DNA from: Planctomycetota bacterium
Lineage (GTDB): Bacteria > Planctomycetota > B15-G4 > JADJEK01
DNA length: 57,799 nt
NCBI GenBank assembly: GCA_044225365.1
Contig: JBGAIQ010000034.1
Span: 1 to 57,799, forward strand
Direction: 5' to 3'
The position numbers were made by a program, and so were the translations under genes. Positions 45,782 through 56,854 of the stretch are shown in pieces; within the stretch, counting starts at the first letter, position 1, and the number at the start of each line of letters is the position of its first letter. The notes under the pieces are model-generated. The model had not been told where the DNA came from, did not search any database, and saw nothing but the letters and a program-made list of their open reading frames with translations.

Positions 45782-48514
45782 ATGGCGCGACCGAACTCGA
45801 TCGAACCCACGCAGAGCGCCGAGCGAGCGCGGCTCGCCGAAGATCGCGCACGCATCAAGAACTGGAAGCGTTTTGGACCTTATCTCTCCGAACGCCAATG
45901 GGGCACGGTTCGCGAGGACTACTCGAACGACGGCACGTGCTGGGACTACTTCCCGCACGATCATGCACGGAGTCGGGTCTATCGCTTCGGCGAGGATGGG
46001 CTCCTGGGCTTCACCGATCGCGAATGCCGTCTGTGTTTCTCCTGGGGCCTGTGGAACGGTCGTGATCCAATCCTGAAGGAGCGTCTCTTCGGGCTTACCG
46101 GCCCGCAGGGCAATCACGGCGAGGACGTGAAGGAGTGTTATTACTATCTCGACTCCACGCCGACGCATTCCTACACGAAGGCTCTCTACAAATATCCTCA
46201 AGCGGAATATCCCTACGCCCGGCTGCTCGAGGAGAGTCGACGTCGAGGCAAGCACGAGCGCGAGTTCGAGCTCGAGGACACAGGCGTGTTCGACGAGGGT
46301 CGTTACTTCGATGTCGTCGCCGAGACGGCGAAGCGAGGGCCCGACGACATCGTGATCCGCCTCATGGTGAGCAACCGCGGCCCCGACGACGCTCCGATCA
46401 CGCTCGTCCCGCAGCTCTGGTTCAGGAATACGTGGGCTTGGGGCCGAACGAGCGATGGCTACGCGCCGAAGGGGAAGATCGAGCCGGAAGGAGATTGCGC
46501 CGTTGTGGCGAGCCATGCGACGCTCGGTTCGTACGTCCTCTCGTTCGCGCCTCCTGAATGGAAGGGTGCGAAGCGCCTGTTCACCGAGAACGAGACCAAC
46601 AACGAGCGCCTATTCGGCGCGACGAGCGTCTCGCATCATCGCAAGGACGCATTCCACGATTACGTTGTGAATGGGATCCACGATGCGGTGAACCCGAATC
46701 CGACGGGCACGAAGTTCGGCCTCGCGCAGCGTTTCATCGTTCCCGCCGGCAAATCGATCGTCGTGCGCCTGCGCCTCGCGAGCGCCGTTGACTCGAAGAC
46801 GCCGCTCGATTCCGCCGCGATCGACCGCGTCTTCACCGAGCGCATCGCCGAAGCCGACGAGTTCTACGGCACGATCCTCCCGAAGGGAGCAACGCGGGAC
46901 GAGAACAACGTCCAGCGCCAGGCCTACGCCGGTCTGCTGTTCAGCAAGCAGTTCTATCACTACGTCGTCGAGCAGTGGCTCGAAGGCGATCCGTCGCAGC
47001 CGAAGCCTCCCGAGGGGCATCGCCACGGCCGCAACAAGGAATGGCAACACGCGTTCATGCGCGACGTCATTTCGATGCCCGACAAGTGGGAATATCCGTG
47101 GTTTGCGAGCTGGGACCTGGCATTTCATATGATTCCGATGGCGGAGGTAGATCCCGACTTCGCAAAGGAGCAATTACTACTCTTCCTTCGCGAATGGTAC
47201 ATGCATCCGAATGGCCAGATCCCCGCCTATGAATTCGCATTCTCCGACGTGAATCCCCCGGTCCACGCGTGGGCGGCTTGGCGCGTCTACAAGATGAGCG
47301 GGCCAAGGGGCGCTCGCGACCGAGTCTTCCTGCGCCGCGTCTTCCAGAAACTCCTGCTCAATTTCACGTGGTGGGTGAATCGCAAGGACGTCCACGGCCG
47401 CAATCTGTTCGCCGGCGGGTTCCTGGGGCTCGACAACATCGGCATCTTCGATCGCTCGCAGCCGTTGCCGACCGGTGGTCACCTCGAACAGGCCGATGGC
47501 ACGGCGTGGATGGCGTTCTATTGCGCGACGATGCTGTCGATGGCGCTCGAACTCGCGCAGGACGATCCCGCTGCCGAGGATCTCGCGAGCAAGTTCCTCG
47601 AACACTTCGTTTCGATCATCGACGCGATGAATCATCTCGAGGGACGCGGACTCTGGGACGAGGTCGACGGGTTCTATTACGACCATCTGCACGTCGACGG
47701 GATCTCGACTCCGTTGAAGGTGCGATCGATGGTGGGGCTCATCCCGTTGTTTGCGGCGGAGATCATCGAGGAAGACGTCATCGCGAAGCTCCCGGGCTTC
47801 AAGAAGCGCTTCGACTGGTTCCGCCACAACCGACCCGAGCTCGGAAGGCACATCGCTTATTCGAAGGGCGATGGCTCGCACGGGGGCGGTCATTATCTCC
47901 TCGCCGTCCCGCCGAAGGATCGACTCGAACGCGTCCTGAAAGTCCTCCTCGACGAGAACGAATTCCTGTCTCCCTACGGCATTCGTTCCGTGTCGAAACG
48001 CCACGAGATGGAGCCGTTCGTCTTCCACGTCGAAGGGCGCGAATACAAGGTCGCTTACGTACCCGCCGAGTCCGACACCGGACTCTTCGGCGGCAACTCG
48101 AACTGGCGTGGGCCGATCTGGTTCCCCGTCATCTATCTGCTGCTCGAAGCGCTCGAACGCTACGAGCATTTCTACGGCGACTCCGTCGTCGTCGAATATC
48201 CCACGGGTTCGAACGAGCGGTTGGATCTCGCAAGGGTCGCGCATTCGATCGCGACGCGGATCACCTCCATCTTCCTCGCCGGCAAGGATGGTCATCGTCC
48301 GGTTCACGACGGCGCCGAACGCTACGCCCGCGACCCCCATTGGAAGGACCTCGTGCTCTTCTACGAGTACTTCCACGGCGACAGCGGCCGTGGCGTCGGT
48401 GCCTCGCACCAGACCGGATGGACCGCGCTCGTAACGCGCTGGCTGCGTGACCGCGTGCGCCGTCGCTCAGGCGACAATCGCAAGACCGCCGAGGCGGGAA
48501 TGCGATTGGGATAG
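45782..48514 (+). CDS. GH63-like glucosidase
   Basis: GPYLSERQWGTVREDYS, SMPDKWEYPWFASWDLAF, NSNWRGPIWFP and EYFHGDSGRGVGASHQTGWT. Confidence 0.88.
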   Translation: MARPNSIEPTQSAERARLAEDRARIKNWKRFGPYLSERQWGTVREDYSNDGTCWDYFPHDHARSRVYRFGEDGLLGFTDRECRLCFSWGLWNGRDPILKERLFGLTGPQGNHGEDVKECYYYLDSTPTHSYTKALYKYPQAEYPYARLLEESRRRGKHEREFELEDTGVFDEGRYFDVVAETAKRGPDDIVIRLMVSNRGPDDAPITLVPQLWFRNTWAWGRTSDGYAPKGKIEPEGDCAVVASHATLGSYVLSFAPPEWKGAKRLFTENETNNERLFGATSVSHHRKDAFHDYVVNGIHDAVNPNPTGTKFGLAQRFIVPAGKSIVVRLRLASAVDSKTPLDSAAIDRVFTERIAEADEFYGTILPKGATRDENNVQRQAYAGLLFSKQFYHYVVEQWLEGDPSQPKPPEGHRHGRNKEWQHAFMRDVISMPDKWEYPWFASWDLAFHMIPMAEVDPDFAKEQLLLFLREWYMHPNGQIPAYEFAFSDVNPPVHAWAAWRVYKMSGPRGARDRVFLRRVFQKLLLNFTWWVNRKDVHGRNLFAGGFLGLDNIGIFDRSQPLPTGGHLEQADGTAWMAFYCATMLSMALELAQDDPAAEDLASKFLEHFVSIIDAMNHLEGRGLWDEVDGFYYDHLHVDGISTPLKVRSMVGLIPLFAAEIIEEDVIAKLPGFKKRFDWFRHNRPELGRHIAYSKGDGSHGGGHYLLAVPPKDRLERVLKVLLDENEFLSPYGIRSVSKRHEMEPFVFHVEGREYKVAYVPAESDTGLFGGNSNWRGPIWFPVIYLLLEALERYEHFYGDSVVVEYPTGSNERLDLARVAHSIATRITSIFLAGKDGHRPVHDGAERYARDPHWKDLVLFYEYFHGDSGRGVGASHQTGWTALVTRWLRDRVRRRSGDNRKTAEAGMRLG

Positions 48515-48572
48515 AATCGCGGAGAACCCGTAGCGCCGCAACGCGCGATGAACGTCGAAACGGAGGTCGATC

Positions 48573-49631
48573 ATGGCCGAGCTGAACCCGGACAAGTTCC
48601 AGCAGTTCATGGGGCAAGCTCTGCAAGAAGCCGGCGCGGCGTTCCACGCGGCGCTCGTCATCGTCGGCGACAAGCTCGGGCTCTACAAGGCGCTCGCCGG
48701 AACACCTGGACTCACCTCGAACGAGCTCGCGGAGAACACGGGAACCGCCGAACGTTACGTGCGGGAATGGCTCGCGGCGCAGGCCGCGGGCGGATACCTG
48801 ACGTACGACGCGAAGACGCTGCGCTACGCGATGACGCCCGAAGCCGAATTCGCTCTGACCGACCCCACGGGTCCCGATCTCCCCGGACTCTTCCTCGTCG
48901 CGTCCTCGGTGCATCGCTCCGAGGAAAAGATCACGGCCGCATTCAAGTCAGGCGACGGCGTCGGCTGGCATGAGCAGCATCACATGCTCTTCCACGGCAC
49001 CGAGCGCTTCTTCCGTCCGGGCTACGCGATGAACCTCGTGAATTCGTGGCTCCCCGCGCTCGAGGGCGTCGTGGCGAAACTGCACAGCGGCGCGCGTGTC
49101 GCGGACGTCGGCTGCGGTCACGGCGCCACGACGATCATCATGGCGAAGGCGTTTCCTAATTCGGAGTTCATCGGATTCGACTATCACGAAGGTTCGGTCG
49201 TTCGCGCGCGCGAGGCCGCCAAGAAGTCCGGCGTCGACTCCCGCGTGAAGTTCGAGACCGCCGCCGCGAAGAAGTACCCCGGTGAAGGCTACGACCTCGT
49301 GACGTTCTTCGATTGTCTCCACGACATGGGCGACCCCGTTGGGGCGGGACAGCACGTCCTGACATCGTTGAAGAAAGACGGGACGTGGATGATCGTCGAG
49401 CCGTTCGCGAACGACGAGACGCACGACAACATGAACCCCGTCGGGCGCTTGTTCTACGGCGCATCGACGATGATCTGCACTCCGGCGTCGTTGTCGCAGG
49501 AGGTCGGACTCGCGCTCGGCGCGCAAGCGGGCGAGAGGCGTATTCGCGATGTGGTGACGAAGGCGGGCTTCACGCGCTTCCGCCGCGCGACGGAAACGCC
49601 CTTCAATCTGATCTTCGAAGCTCGGCCTTGA
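48573..49631 (+). CDS. Class I SAM-dependent methyltransferase with N-terminal wHTH (Rv2258c-like)
   Basis: GDKLGLYKAL, ERYVREWL, VADVGCGHG and FDCLHDMGDP. Confidence 0.88.
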   Translation: MAELNPDKFQQFMGQALQEAGAAFHAALVIVGDKLGLYKALAGTPGLTSNELAENTGTAERYVREWLAAQAAGGYLTYDAKTLRYAMTPEAEFALTDPTGPDLPGLFLVASSVHRSEEKITAAFKSGDGVGWHEQHHMLFHGTERFFRPGYAMNLVNSWLPALEGVVAKLHSGARVADVGCGHGATTIIMAKAFPNSEFIGFDYHEGSVVRAREAAKKSGVDSRVKFETAAAKKYPGEGYDLVTFFDCLHDMGDPVGAGQHVLTSLKKDGTWMIVEPFANDETHDNMNPVGRLFYGASTMICTPASLSQEVGLALGAQAGERRIRDVVTKAGFTRFRRATETPFNLIFEARP

Positions 49632-49810
49632 TCCGGGTTGGCCTCTTGGCCGCCGTTCGTGGGTGAACACCCAAGTTCCAAGACGAGTCGTTCTTTGGGA
49701 GTGACACCCCGACCTCGACTCGACGCCCTTCGTAGGCTTCTTCGCTTGCCAGGTTTCGCTTCATCGTCTTGGATGCTCGACCTCGCATTCCAAAGTCCGA
49801 AGACGAAGCC

Positions 49811-50797
49811 ATGCCCGACATCGAAAACATCGTCACACTGCAGTCGCACATCCTCGCCGAGGAGGCGAAGTACCCGAATGCCTCCGGCACGTTCTCGTGG
49901 ATCCTCTCCGCGCTCTCGCTGTCGGCCAAGGTGATCGCTTCGAAGATCAAGCGCGCGCGGCTCGAGGACGTTCTCGGCGCGCTCGACGCGGAGAACGTGC
50001 AGGGCGAGCGGCAGCAGAAGCTCGACGTCATCGCGAACGATGCGCTGCTCAAGTTCCTCGGCGGTCGCGCGGGCGTGGCGATCGTCGCGTCGGAGGAGAA
50101 CGAGGAACCGATCATCCTGCGCAAGGACAGCGGCGGCGAGCGTCCCTACGTCGTCCTCTTCGATCCGCTCGACGGCTCGTCGAACCTCGACATCTGCGGC
50201 AGCGTCGGCACGATCTTCTCGATCCTGCGGCACGACCGCCGCGCGAGCCCGCCCGAGCGATCGGTGCTGCAGCGCGGCGTCCAGCAGGTCGCGGCCGGCT
50301 ACATCCTCTACGGGTCGTCGGTCGTCTTCGTCCTCACGACCGGCAACGGCGTGCATATGTTCGTGCTCGATCCTTCGATCGGCGCGTTCCTCCGCGTCGC
50401 GGAGAACCTGAAGATCCCCAAGGCCGGCAAGTCGTACTCGGTGAACGAGGGCAATCGTCGCACGTTCCCCGAGGGGTATCAGCGCTACCTCGACTTCTCC
50501 CAGGAGAACGGATACCAGAGCCGCTACACCGGCGCGATGGTCGCCGACGTCCATCGCATCCTGCTGAAAGGTGGCGTCTTCCTCTATCCGCCGACGAAGA
50601 AGAACCCCGAGGGCAAGCTCCGACTGATGTACGAGGCGAACCCGATGGGGATGATCGTGGAGCAAGCGGGGGGCAAGGCGATGGCGGGGAGCCAGCGCAT
50701 CCTCGAGATCGAGCCGACGACCGTCCACCAGCGCACGAGTGTGATCCTCGGCAGTCCGGACGAGGTGGACCACGTGCTGCGTCACGTTGCGCTGTGA
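49811..50797 (+). CDS. fbp: Class 1 fructose-1,6-bisphosphatase
   Basis: NVQGERQQKLDVIAN, ASEE, FDPLDGSSN, RYTGAMVADVHR and GKLRLMYEANP. Confidence 0.95.
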   Translation: MPDIENIVTLQSHILAEEAKYPNASGTFSWILSALSLSAKVIASKIKRARLEDVLGALDAENVQGERQQKLDVIANDALLKFLGGRAGVAIVASEENEEPIILRKDSGGERPYVVLFDPLDGSSNLDICGSVGTIFSILRHDRRASPPERSVLQRGVQQVAAGYILYGSSVVFVLTTGNGVHMFVLDPSIGAFLRVAENLKIPKAGKSYSVNEGNRRTFPEGYQRYLDFSQENGYQSRYTGAMVADVHRILLKGGVFLYPPTKKNPEGKLRLMYEANPMGMIVEQAGGKAMAGSQRILEIEPTTVHQRTSVILGSPDEVDHVLRHVAL

Positions 50798-50893
50798 GGT
50801 CGAGGACCCCTCGCAAGCGAGTGGGGGTCCGTGCTAAAATCCCGGGCTCGACCGCCTCGACCACGACGAAAAGCCCCACAGCGGAACGAATCC

Positions 50894-52069
50894 ATGAGCG
50901 CAACCGAATACCGCGGCATCGACTTCTACAACCTCGATGAGTTGTTCTCCGACGAGGAGAAACTGATCCGCGACACGGTGCGATCGTTCGTCTCCGAACA
51001 CGTGGTGCCGGTGATCGCGGAGCATGCGCGCAACGGCACGTTCCCGATGAACATCGTGCCGATGATGGGCGAGCTGCAGCTCTTCGGCGCGACCTTGCCG
51101 GAAGAATACGGTTGCGCGGGCATCAACAACGTCGCGTACGGCCTCGTGATGCAGGAGCTCGAGCGCGGCGATTCCGGCGTCCGCTCCTTCGCGTCGGTGC
51201 AGAGCGGCCTCGTGATGTTCCCGATCTACCGCTACGGCTCCGAAGAGCAGAAGAAGAAGTGGTTGCCCCAGCTCGCGAAGGGCACCAAGATCGGCTGCTT
51301 CGGCCTCACGGAACCCGATCACGGTTCCGATCCGGGCGGAATGAAGACGAAGGCCACGAAGATCAGCGGCGGCTGGCGCATCCACGGCAACAAGATGTGG
51401 ATCACGAACGGCACGCTCGCCGACGTCGCGGTCGTCTGGGCGGCGACCGACGACGGCATCCGCGGCTTCCTCGTCGAGAAGGGCACGAAGGGTTTCAGTG
51501 CGCCGGAGATGAAGGGCAAGCTCTCGCTCCGCGCCTCGGTCACTTCGGAACTCGTGCTCGACCACGTCGAGGTGCCCGATTCCGCGCAGCTTCCCGGCGC
51601 AAAGGGCCTGTCGGGTCCGTTGTCCTGCCTGAATCAGGCGCGCTACGGCATCGCCTGGGGCGCGGTCGGCGCGGCTCAGGGTTGCTTCGAAGAAGCGATC
51701 CGCTACGCGAAGTCCCGCACGCAGTTCGGCAAGCCGATCGCGGGCTTCCAGCTCACCCAGCAGAAGTTCGCGGACATCCTCTCCGAGATCACCAAGGCGC
51801 AGCTCCTCTGCTGGCGCCTCGGTCGATTGAAGGACGCTGGTACGTTCACGGCGCAGCAGGTCTCGCTCGCAAAGCGCAACAACGTCGCGATGGCGCTCGA
51901 GACCGCCCGCACCTGTCGCGGGATCCTCGGCGCGAACGGCATCCTCGACGAATACTCGGCGATGCGCCACGCCGCCAACCTCGAATCGGTTCACACGTAC
52001 GAAGGCACGTACGAGATCCACACTCTCATCCTCGGCGCCGCGGTCACCGGAATCGACGCTTATCGTTGA
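50894..52069 (+). CDS. Acyl-CoA dehydrogenase, glutaryl-CoA dehydrogenase-like
   Basis: ELERGDSGVRS, FGLTEPDHGSDPG, KMWITNG, KLSLRASVT and NLESVHTYEGT. Confidence 0.88.
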   Translation: MSATEYRGIDFYNLDELFSDEEKLIRDTVRSFVSEHVVPVIAEHARNGTFPMNIVPMMGELQLFGATLPEEYGCAGINNVAYGLVMQELERGDSGVRSFASVQSGLVMFPIYRYGSEEQKKKWLPQLAKGTKIGCFGLTEPDHGSDPGGMKTKATKISGGWRIHGNKMWITNGTLADVAVVWAATDDGIRGFLVEKGTKGFSAPEMKGKLSLRASVTSELVLDHVEVPDSAQLPGAKGLSGPLSCLNQARYGIAWGAVGAAQGCFEEAIRYAKSRTQFGKPIAGFQLTQQKFADILSEITKAQLLCWRLGRLKDAGTFTAQQVSLAKRNNVAMALETARTCRGILGANGILDEYSAMRHAANLESVHTYEGTYEIHTLILGAAVTGIDAYR

Positions 52070-52105
52070 TCGGACCGACCCGGGTCGTCAGACTGCGTGA
52101 CCTTC

Positions 52106-52870
52106 ATGTCGAAACGCACCCTCCTGCCCTGCGTCTTCCCCGTCGTTGCGTCCGCGTTCGTGGGCTGCGGCTCCTTCGGTAAGGACCGCGCGCTCGACTT
52201 CGCGCAGACGTTCGACGTCGCCGGCGGATTCTCCGAAGGCCTCGACCTCAATCTGCGCGCCACGAAAGCGGTGCAGATCGGACTTGGCGGCTATCGCGGC
52301 GTGCACTGGTACGGGCTCAAGGACGGCGTCTTCGACGACTGGATGGAAGAGCGCTCCGAACTCGGGATCGGGCCGTTCTATCAACTCGAAGTCTTCCGCG
52401 ATCGCGGGAGCAAGCTCCTCGACATCGAGCACCCCTTGTTCGGCGACGCCGGATTCCGTGAACGCTCGTGGGACATCCAGCACTACACCGATCGCGGCTG
52501 GTTCGATTTCGGGATCACGATGAATGCGGCGCTGATCGGCGTCGACTTCGCGTTCAAGGGCGAAGAGTTCGCCGACTTCTGCGCCGGCTTCTTCGGCAAG
52601 GACTTCCTGAACGACGACGTGTACGAGCCCGACCTCGACACGATCGTGAATCGCATGAACTCCGACGACGCTCGCATCCGCGCGGGCGGCGCGCGCGCGC
52701 TCCTCCTGCGCACGGGCGACGACTACGGCTACGCGATCTACACGGCTCCTCTCGAGTTTCCGCTGCGCCAGCAGATGGCGGTGAAGAAGATCCGCGAGGA
52801 ACTCGGCGGCAAGACCGCGCCGCCGCCGGCCGTCGAGACTTCGAGCACGTCCGGCGACAGCAAACCCTGA
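52106..52870 (+). CDS. Hypothetical lipoprotein
   Basis: Signal peptide with FVGC lipobox; codon usage like neighbouring genes. Confidence 0.6.
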   Translation: MSKRTLLPCVFPVVASAFVGCGSFGKDRALDFAQTFDVAGGFSEGLDLNLRATKAVQIGLGGYRGVHWYGLKDGVFDDWMEERSELGIGPFYQLEVFRDRGSKLLDIEHPLFGDAGFRERSWDIQHYTDRGWFDFGITMNAALIGVDFAFKGEEFADFCAGFFGKDFLNDDVYEPDLDTIVNRMNSDDARIRAGGARALLLRTGDDYGYAIYTAPLEFPLRQQMAVKKIREELGGKTAPPPAVETSSTSGDSKP

Positions 52871-52894
52871 GGATCGAAGCGGGAAGGATCGGTC

Positions 52895-52919
52895 GCTCGG
52901 CGCTGCCGTGCGGTTTTTT
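52895..52919 (+). terminator. Possible intrinsic terminator
   Basis: Imperfect stem CGCTCGGC-GCT-GCCGTGCG followed by GTTTTTT, downstream of the lipoprotein gene. Confidence 0.4.
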
Positions 52920-53010
52920 CTGAAAAGGAGTGGGCCGGTCGGCGGCCGCATCGGGATCCATCGGGTGCCGCGCAATTCGCGCAGCCATCCGAATCCTCAA
53001 GGAGCCCGTC

Positions 53011-54630
53011 ATGCGCAACGCCACGTTCACCCTCGCGTCCGCTTCCTTCGTCTCCCTGTCCCTCGTCTCCGCCCTCCATGCCGGCGACACCATCTATTCG
53101 ATCGATGGACCCGCCGTGAACTCCCAGTTCGGCACCACGCTCGCGGTCGGCAATCTCGACAACGACGGCATCGACGACTTCATCGTCGGCGCCCCGAGCA
53201 TGCAGACGCTCCACGGCATCACGACGGCCTACTCGGGCCGCACCGGCGCGCAGCTCTTCCAGCTCTCGTTCGCCCAGAACTCGGGCGTGAGCGTGGCGAG
53301 CGGCGGCGACGTCGATGGCGACGGCATCGACGACGTGGTGATCACGGGCGACGGCGTGACGCGCGTCCGCTCGGGCGCGACGGGAACCCAGCTCTGGAAC
53401 GCGCCGTTCGGCGGCGTCGACGACAAGGTGCTGATCCTCGGTGACATCGACCAGGACACCTATGCCGACGTGGTCGTCGCCTCCCCGAAGGAGACGGTCC
53501 AGGGCGCGATCGAGACCGGCGTCATCCGCCTCTACTCGGGCAAGACCGGGTCGCTCATCACGTTGCTCTATGGCGGCGGGCTGAATCAGCGCTTCGGCAC
53601 CGAGATCGTGAATGCGGGCGACGTGAACAACGACAATCGTCCGGACTTCCTCGCGCTCTCGAAGGTGCACATCACGGGCAAGCCCGCCGTCAGCGTGGTC
53701 GCGGGCGTATGGAACGACGTGCTCCACACGATCCAGGCCCCGGCCGACGCTTCCTCGTACTACGGCACGGCTCTCGCCGGCGGCGCGGACTTCGACAACG
53801 ACGGCTTCGACGACATCGTCATCGGTGACCTCGGATACGGCACGGGTGGCTCGTTCTCGAACGGTCGCGTGATCGTGTACTCGGGCAAGACCTACCTGCC
53901 GATCATGACGCTCGTCGGCGCGGCCAGCTCGCAGTTCGGTACGTCGGTCGCCTGCATCGGGGACTTCAACAACGACGGAACCCGCGACATCGCGGTCGGC
54001 GCACCGAACTACATCAGCACGTTCGGCGGCCAGGTGTTCAAGGGCCGCGTCACGGTGTTCTCCGGCAAGACGGGCGCCGCGCTCAAGAACTTCGATGGAC
54101 CGAATTCGACGGGCGTGTCCTTCGGCCAGGAACTCTGCGGCATGAAGGCCGATTTCGACGCGCAGGCCGACCTCCTGGTCGGTGATCCGGCCGCGACGAC
54201 GGCGGGCGGCGCGACCGGTCGTGTCACGCTCTACTCGGGCGACGCGAAGGTCGGCGGCTGGAGCAACTACGGCACGGGCTTCGCCGGCGCGCTCGGCGTG
54301 CCCTCCCTCACCGCGACGGGCACGCTCGCGATCTGCGAGCAGAACACGCTGATGCTCGCGAACAGCAACGGCGCCAACCTCCTCCAGGGCCTGTTCTTCA
54401 TCGGCAGCTCGATGATCGACTTCCAGACGGCTTACGGCGGCAAGCTCCTCGTGGTGCCGGTCACGGTCGTCCCGGTCGCGATCCCGACGAGCGGCCTGAA
54501 CGTCCCGTTCACGATCTGCGACACCGCCCTCGCCGGCGCGCAGTTCCGCCTCCAGGCGGTCGAGTTCGACCCGATGGCCACGAAGGGTGTCTCCTTCTCC
54601 CGCGGTATGACGATCACGCTCGGACTGTGA
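53011..54630 (+). CDS. Secreted FG-GAP (integrin-alpha-like beta-propeller) repeat protein
   Basis: AAGGAG RBS, signal peptide, and repeated FG..GD.D.DG..D..VGAP..YSGKTG units. Confidence 0.9.
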   Translation: MRNATFTLASASFVSLSLVSALHAGDTIYSIDGPAVNSQFGTTLAVGNLDNDGIDDFIVGAPSMQTLHGITTAYSGRTGAQLFQLSFAQNSGVSVASGGDVDGDGIDDVVITGDGVTRVRSGATGTQLWNAPFGGVDDKVLILGDIDQDTYADVVVASPKETVQGAIETGVIRLYSGKTGSLITLLYGGGLNQRFGTEIVNAGDVNNDNRPDFLALSKVHITGKPAVSVVAGVWNDVLHTIQAPADASSYYGTALAGGADFDNDGFDDIVIGDLGYGTGGSFSNGRVIVYSGKTYLPIMTLVGAASSQFGTSVACIGDFNNDGTRDIAVGAPNYISTFGGQVFKGRVTVFSGKTGAALKNFDGPNSTGVSFGQELCGMKADFDAQADLLVGDPAATTAGGATGRVTLYSGDAKVGGWSNYGTGFAGALGVPSLTATGTLAICEQNTLMLANSNGANLLQGLFFIGSSMIDFQTAYGGKLLVVPVTVVPVAIPTSGLNVPFTICDTALAGAQFRLQAVEFDPMATKGVSFSRGMTITLGL

Positions 54631-54667
54631 TCGCGAGGGCGTCTCGGCGAGAGCATCGTCGATTCAG

Positions 54668-54720
54668 CCTGACCGAAAGCGCTGCCTCCTGCCTGGGTAA
54701 CTCCTGGGCAGGGGGCAGCG
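54668..54720. repeat. GC-rich hairpin element, copy 1 of 2
   Basis: CCTGACC-N5-CGCTGCCTCCTGCCTGGG..CCTGGGCAGGGGGCAGCG; related copy at 57378. Confidence 0.5.
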
Positions 54721-54901
54721 GAGTTGGGTATGCCCAAAAACCAGAAACTGTTCCCGCACTCCCCGCACTCTAGGAGAGGCATCATGGTGAAGATGGCGTC
54801 GTCGCCGCGCGCCACGACATTCTCCAGTTTTGGCGACGAGTGCTCGACACGTCCCGGCGAATCTGCGCGCGCTCGATGGCCTCGTGAGCGATGATCCGGC
54901 G

Positions 54902-55036
54902 ATGGCTCGAGTCCAACGGTCCTACGATCACCAATTCCGCGATCTCGTCCGCGACACCGGCGACGTGACGATCGCGACGAGGCTCGGCGTTCCGCGCTCA
55001 ACGGCGGCGGGCTGGCTCCGCGTGCTATCCGAATAA
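54902..55036 (+). pseudogene. Truncated N-terminal HTH fragment of a transposase
   Basis: MARVQRSYDHQFRDLVRDTGDVTIATRLGVPRSTAAGWLR then a stop; resembles the N-terminus of rve-type transposases. Confidence 0.5.
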
Positions 55037-55232
55037 TGAGCCGGCAGCGAGTCGCCGGTCGCGAGACGCCCGTGGCTCGATTTGCGATTTCGCCATGGCG
55101 GAATTGAGCCGGCGGAAGGTCCATTATCCGGATTCCGCGGTGCCCAAGTGCTGAAACCGACCCCGTGGCCGTGGTCTCTCCGCGATCGAGAACATGCTTC
55201 TCCATCAATCTCGCGTTCGATCCATGGTCAGT

Positions 55233-56321
55233 TCACACCGCGGCGCGATGGTAATAACGAAGGATTTCGCCGAGCCGGTCGCGCCGTTCGATCTTCCCCG
55301 TCTCGCGACCGACTTCGGCGCCAGGCTCGAGGATTTCGTTATCGAACGATGGATGCGAACGCTCTTGATGATAATGCGCGACAAACTCTCTCACGGCGCT
55401 GCGCAGCATGGCCTCGCCGAGGAAGATCATTCGATCGAGAAGCTCGCGCCGAAGCGTGCCGACGAATCGCTCCGCGGTCGCATTGCAGTTGGGCGACCTT
55501 GGAGGCGTGAGCTTGATCTTCACACCGGCGTTCTCGAGAAACGCCTTGAACGCGGGCGCGAACTTCGAGACTCGGTCGATCAGTAAATGCGTCACGCCGT
55601 TCATCGACTTCGCGTCCGGATCGACGAGGCTCCTCGCGGCGTTCGTCGCGAACTCGTGATCGAACTTGTCGGTGACGCCGAGGATCTCGACCTTGCGCGT
55701 GTTCAATCGAATCGCGAACAGAACAACGACGGTGCCCAGGCCGCGGAGCGTCCAGACCTCGACGTTCAGGAAGTCGGCCGCGGCGAGGCCGTCGAAGTGC
55801 GCTTTCAGGAACGTCGCGCATGACGTCTTGCGATCGGAATAAGGCGCGATTCCATTGCGCTCGAGGATTGCCGAGATCGTCGAGCGCGCGACCGTGTGGC
55901 CGACCGCTTTCAGCGCGCCCTGGATTCGTTTCAGCCCCCACGTCGCGTTCTCGCGCGCCATCTTCACGACGAGCTGTTCGATCGCAATCATCACCCGCGG
56001 CAGGCCGCGACGCTTCTCGCCGCCGTTCGCGTAGGTCCATTTCAACGCGACGAGCCGCCGGTGCCAGCGGAGGATCGTTTCGGTCGAGACGATGCTCGCG
56101 AACCGATCGAGCAGGTCGCGCCCGAGCGCCTTGCCGAGGATCGCGAACCGACGCCGCTGGTCGTCCGTGACCCGGACCCGCTTGTCGCCGAGCGCGGCCT
56201 TGAGGATCTTGTTCTCTTCGACGAGGAACTCGATGACGAGCTGCTGGTGGCGGTTCACGATGCCGGCGAAGAGGGCGAGGAGGAACTGAAGATGGGCGGT
56301 TTGCCCAATCGAGAGCATCAT
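55233..56321 (-). mobile_element. Integrase-core (rve, DDE) transposase, possibly decaying
   Basis: VSTETILRWHRRL, MARENATWGLKRIQGAL, AADFLNVE, LIDRVSKF and PNCNATAERFVGTLRRE. Confidence 0.85.
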
Positions 56322-56515
56322 GTTCTCCCGCGGAGTTGCTGCGTGACGACAAGTCGACCGTCTATCGCGTCAAAATTCCGATCGATCCTCCCGGAAGCAA
56401 GCGCACAACGAACCTGCGGTGGAGCGCGGCCTCGAGGCGCTGGGGCATCGTCAAGAACCGCGAGCTGTCCGGCTTGAGTGCTTCCGCGGCGAGCGAGTTG
56501 GAGCCGATCGAAAGC

Positions 56516-56854
56516 TCATTCCTCCGATTCGGCGAGACTACGCCGAAGCTCCTCCGGCGATGCGGGTTGCCTCGCTGCGTTTCGGACGTGAACGATGGAC
56601 ACGATGCGTCCTCGAATCGTGAAAAGGATTCGATATTCGCCGACGATTCGTTGGCGGATCTCGGCCTCCGCAAACTGTTCGTTCTCGAGAGCGATTGGAC
56701 ATCGCTCGGGAAACGCGCTCAGCGAGTCCATCGCGTCCATGACGTCCCAGTACCAGTCTTCGGCGCTGCGGGGCGCACCTTGGGCTCGAATCCACTCGAA
56801 GACTGCGGCGACGTCTCCGAGAGCCGAGTCTGTGACGCGGACCCGGAAGTTCAC
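56516..56854 (-). CDS. Type II toxin, RelE/ParE family
   Basis: FRVRVTDSALGDV, SLSAFPERCP and YRILFTI..VSIVHVRNAAR; GTGA overlap with the antitoxin. Confidence 0.88.
   Translation of the reverse strand: MNFRVRVTDSALGDVAAVFEWIRAQGAPRSAEDWYWDVMDAMDSLSAFPERCPIALENEQFAEAEIRQRIVGEYRILFTIRGRIVSIVHVRNAARQPASPEELRRSLAESEE

Noticed and set aside
55188-56327. GAGAACATG/CATGTTCTC as terminal inverted repeats of the transposase
   Set aside because: Only 9 bp, one copy overlaps the start codon, and no target duplication was seen.
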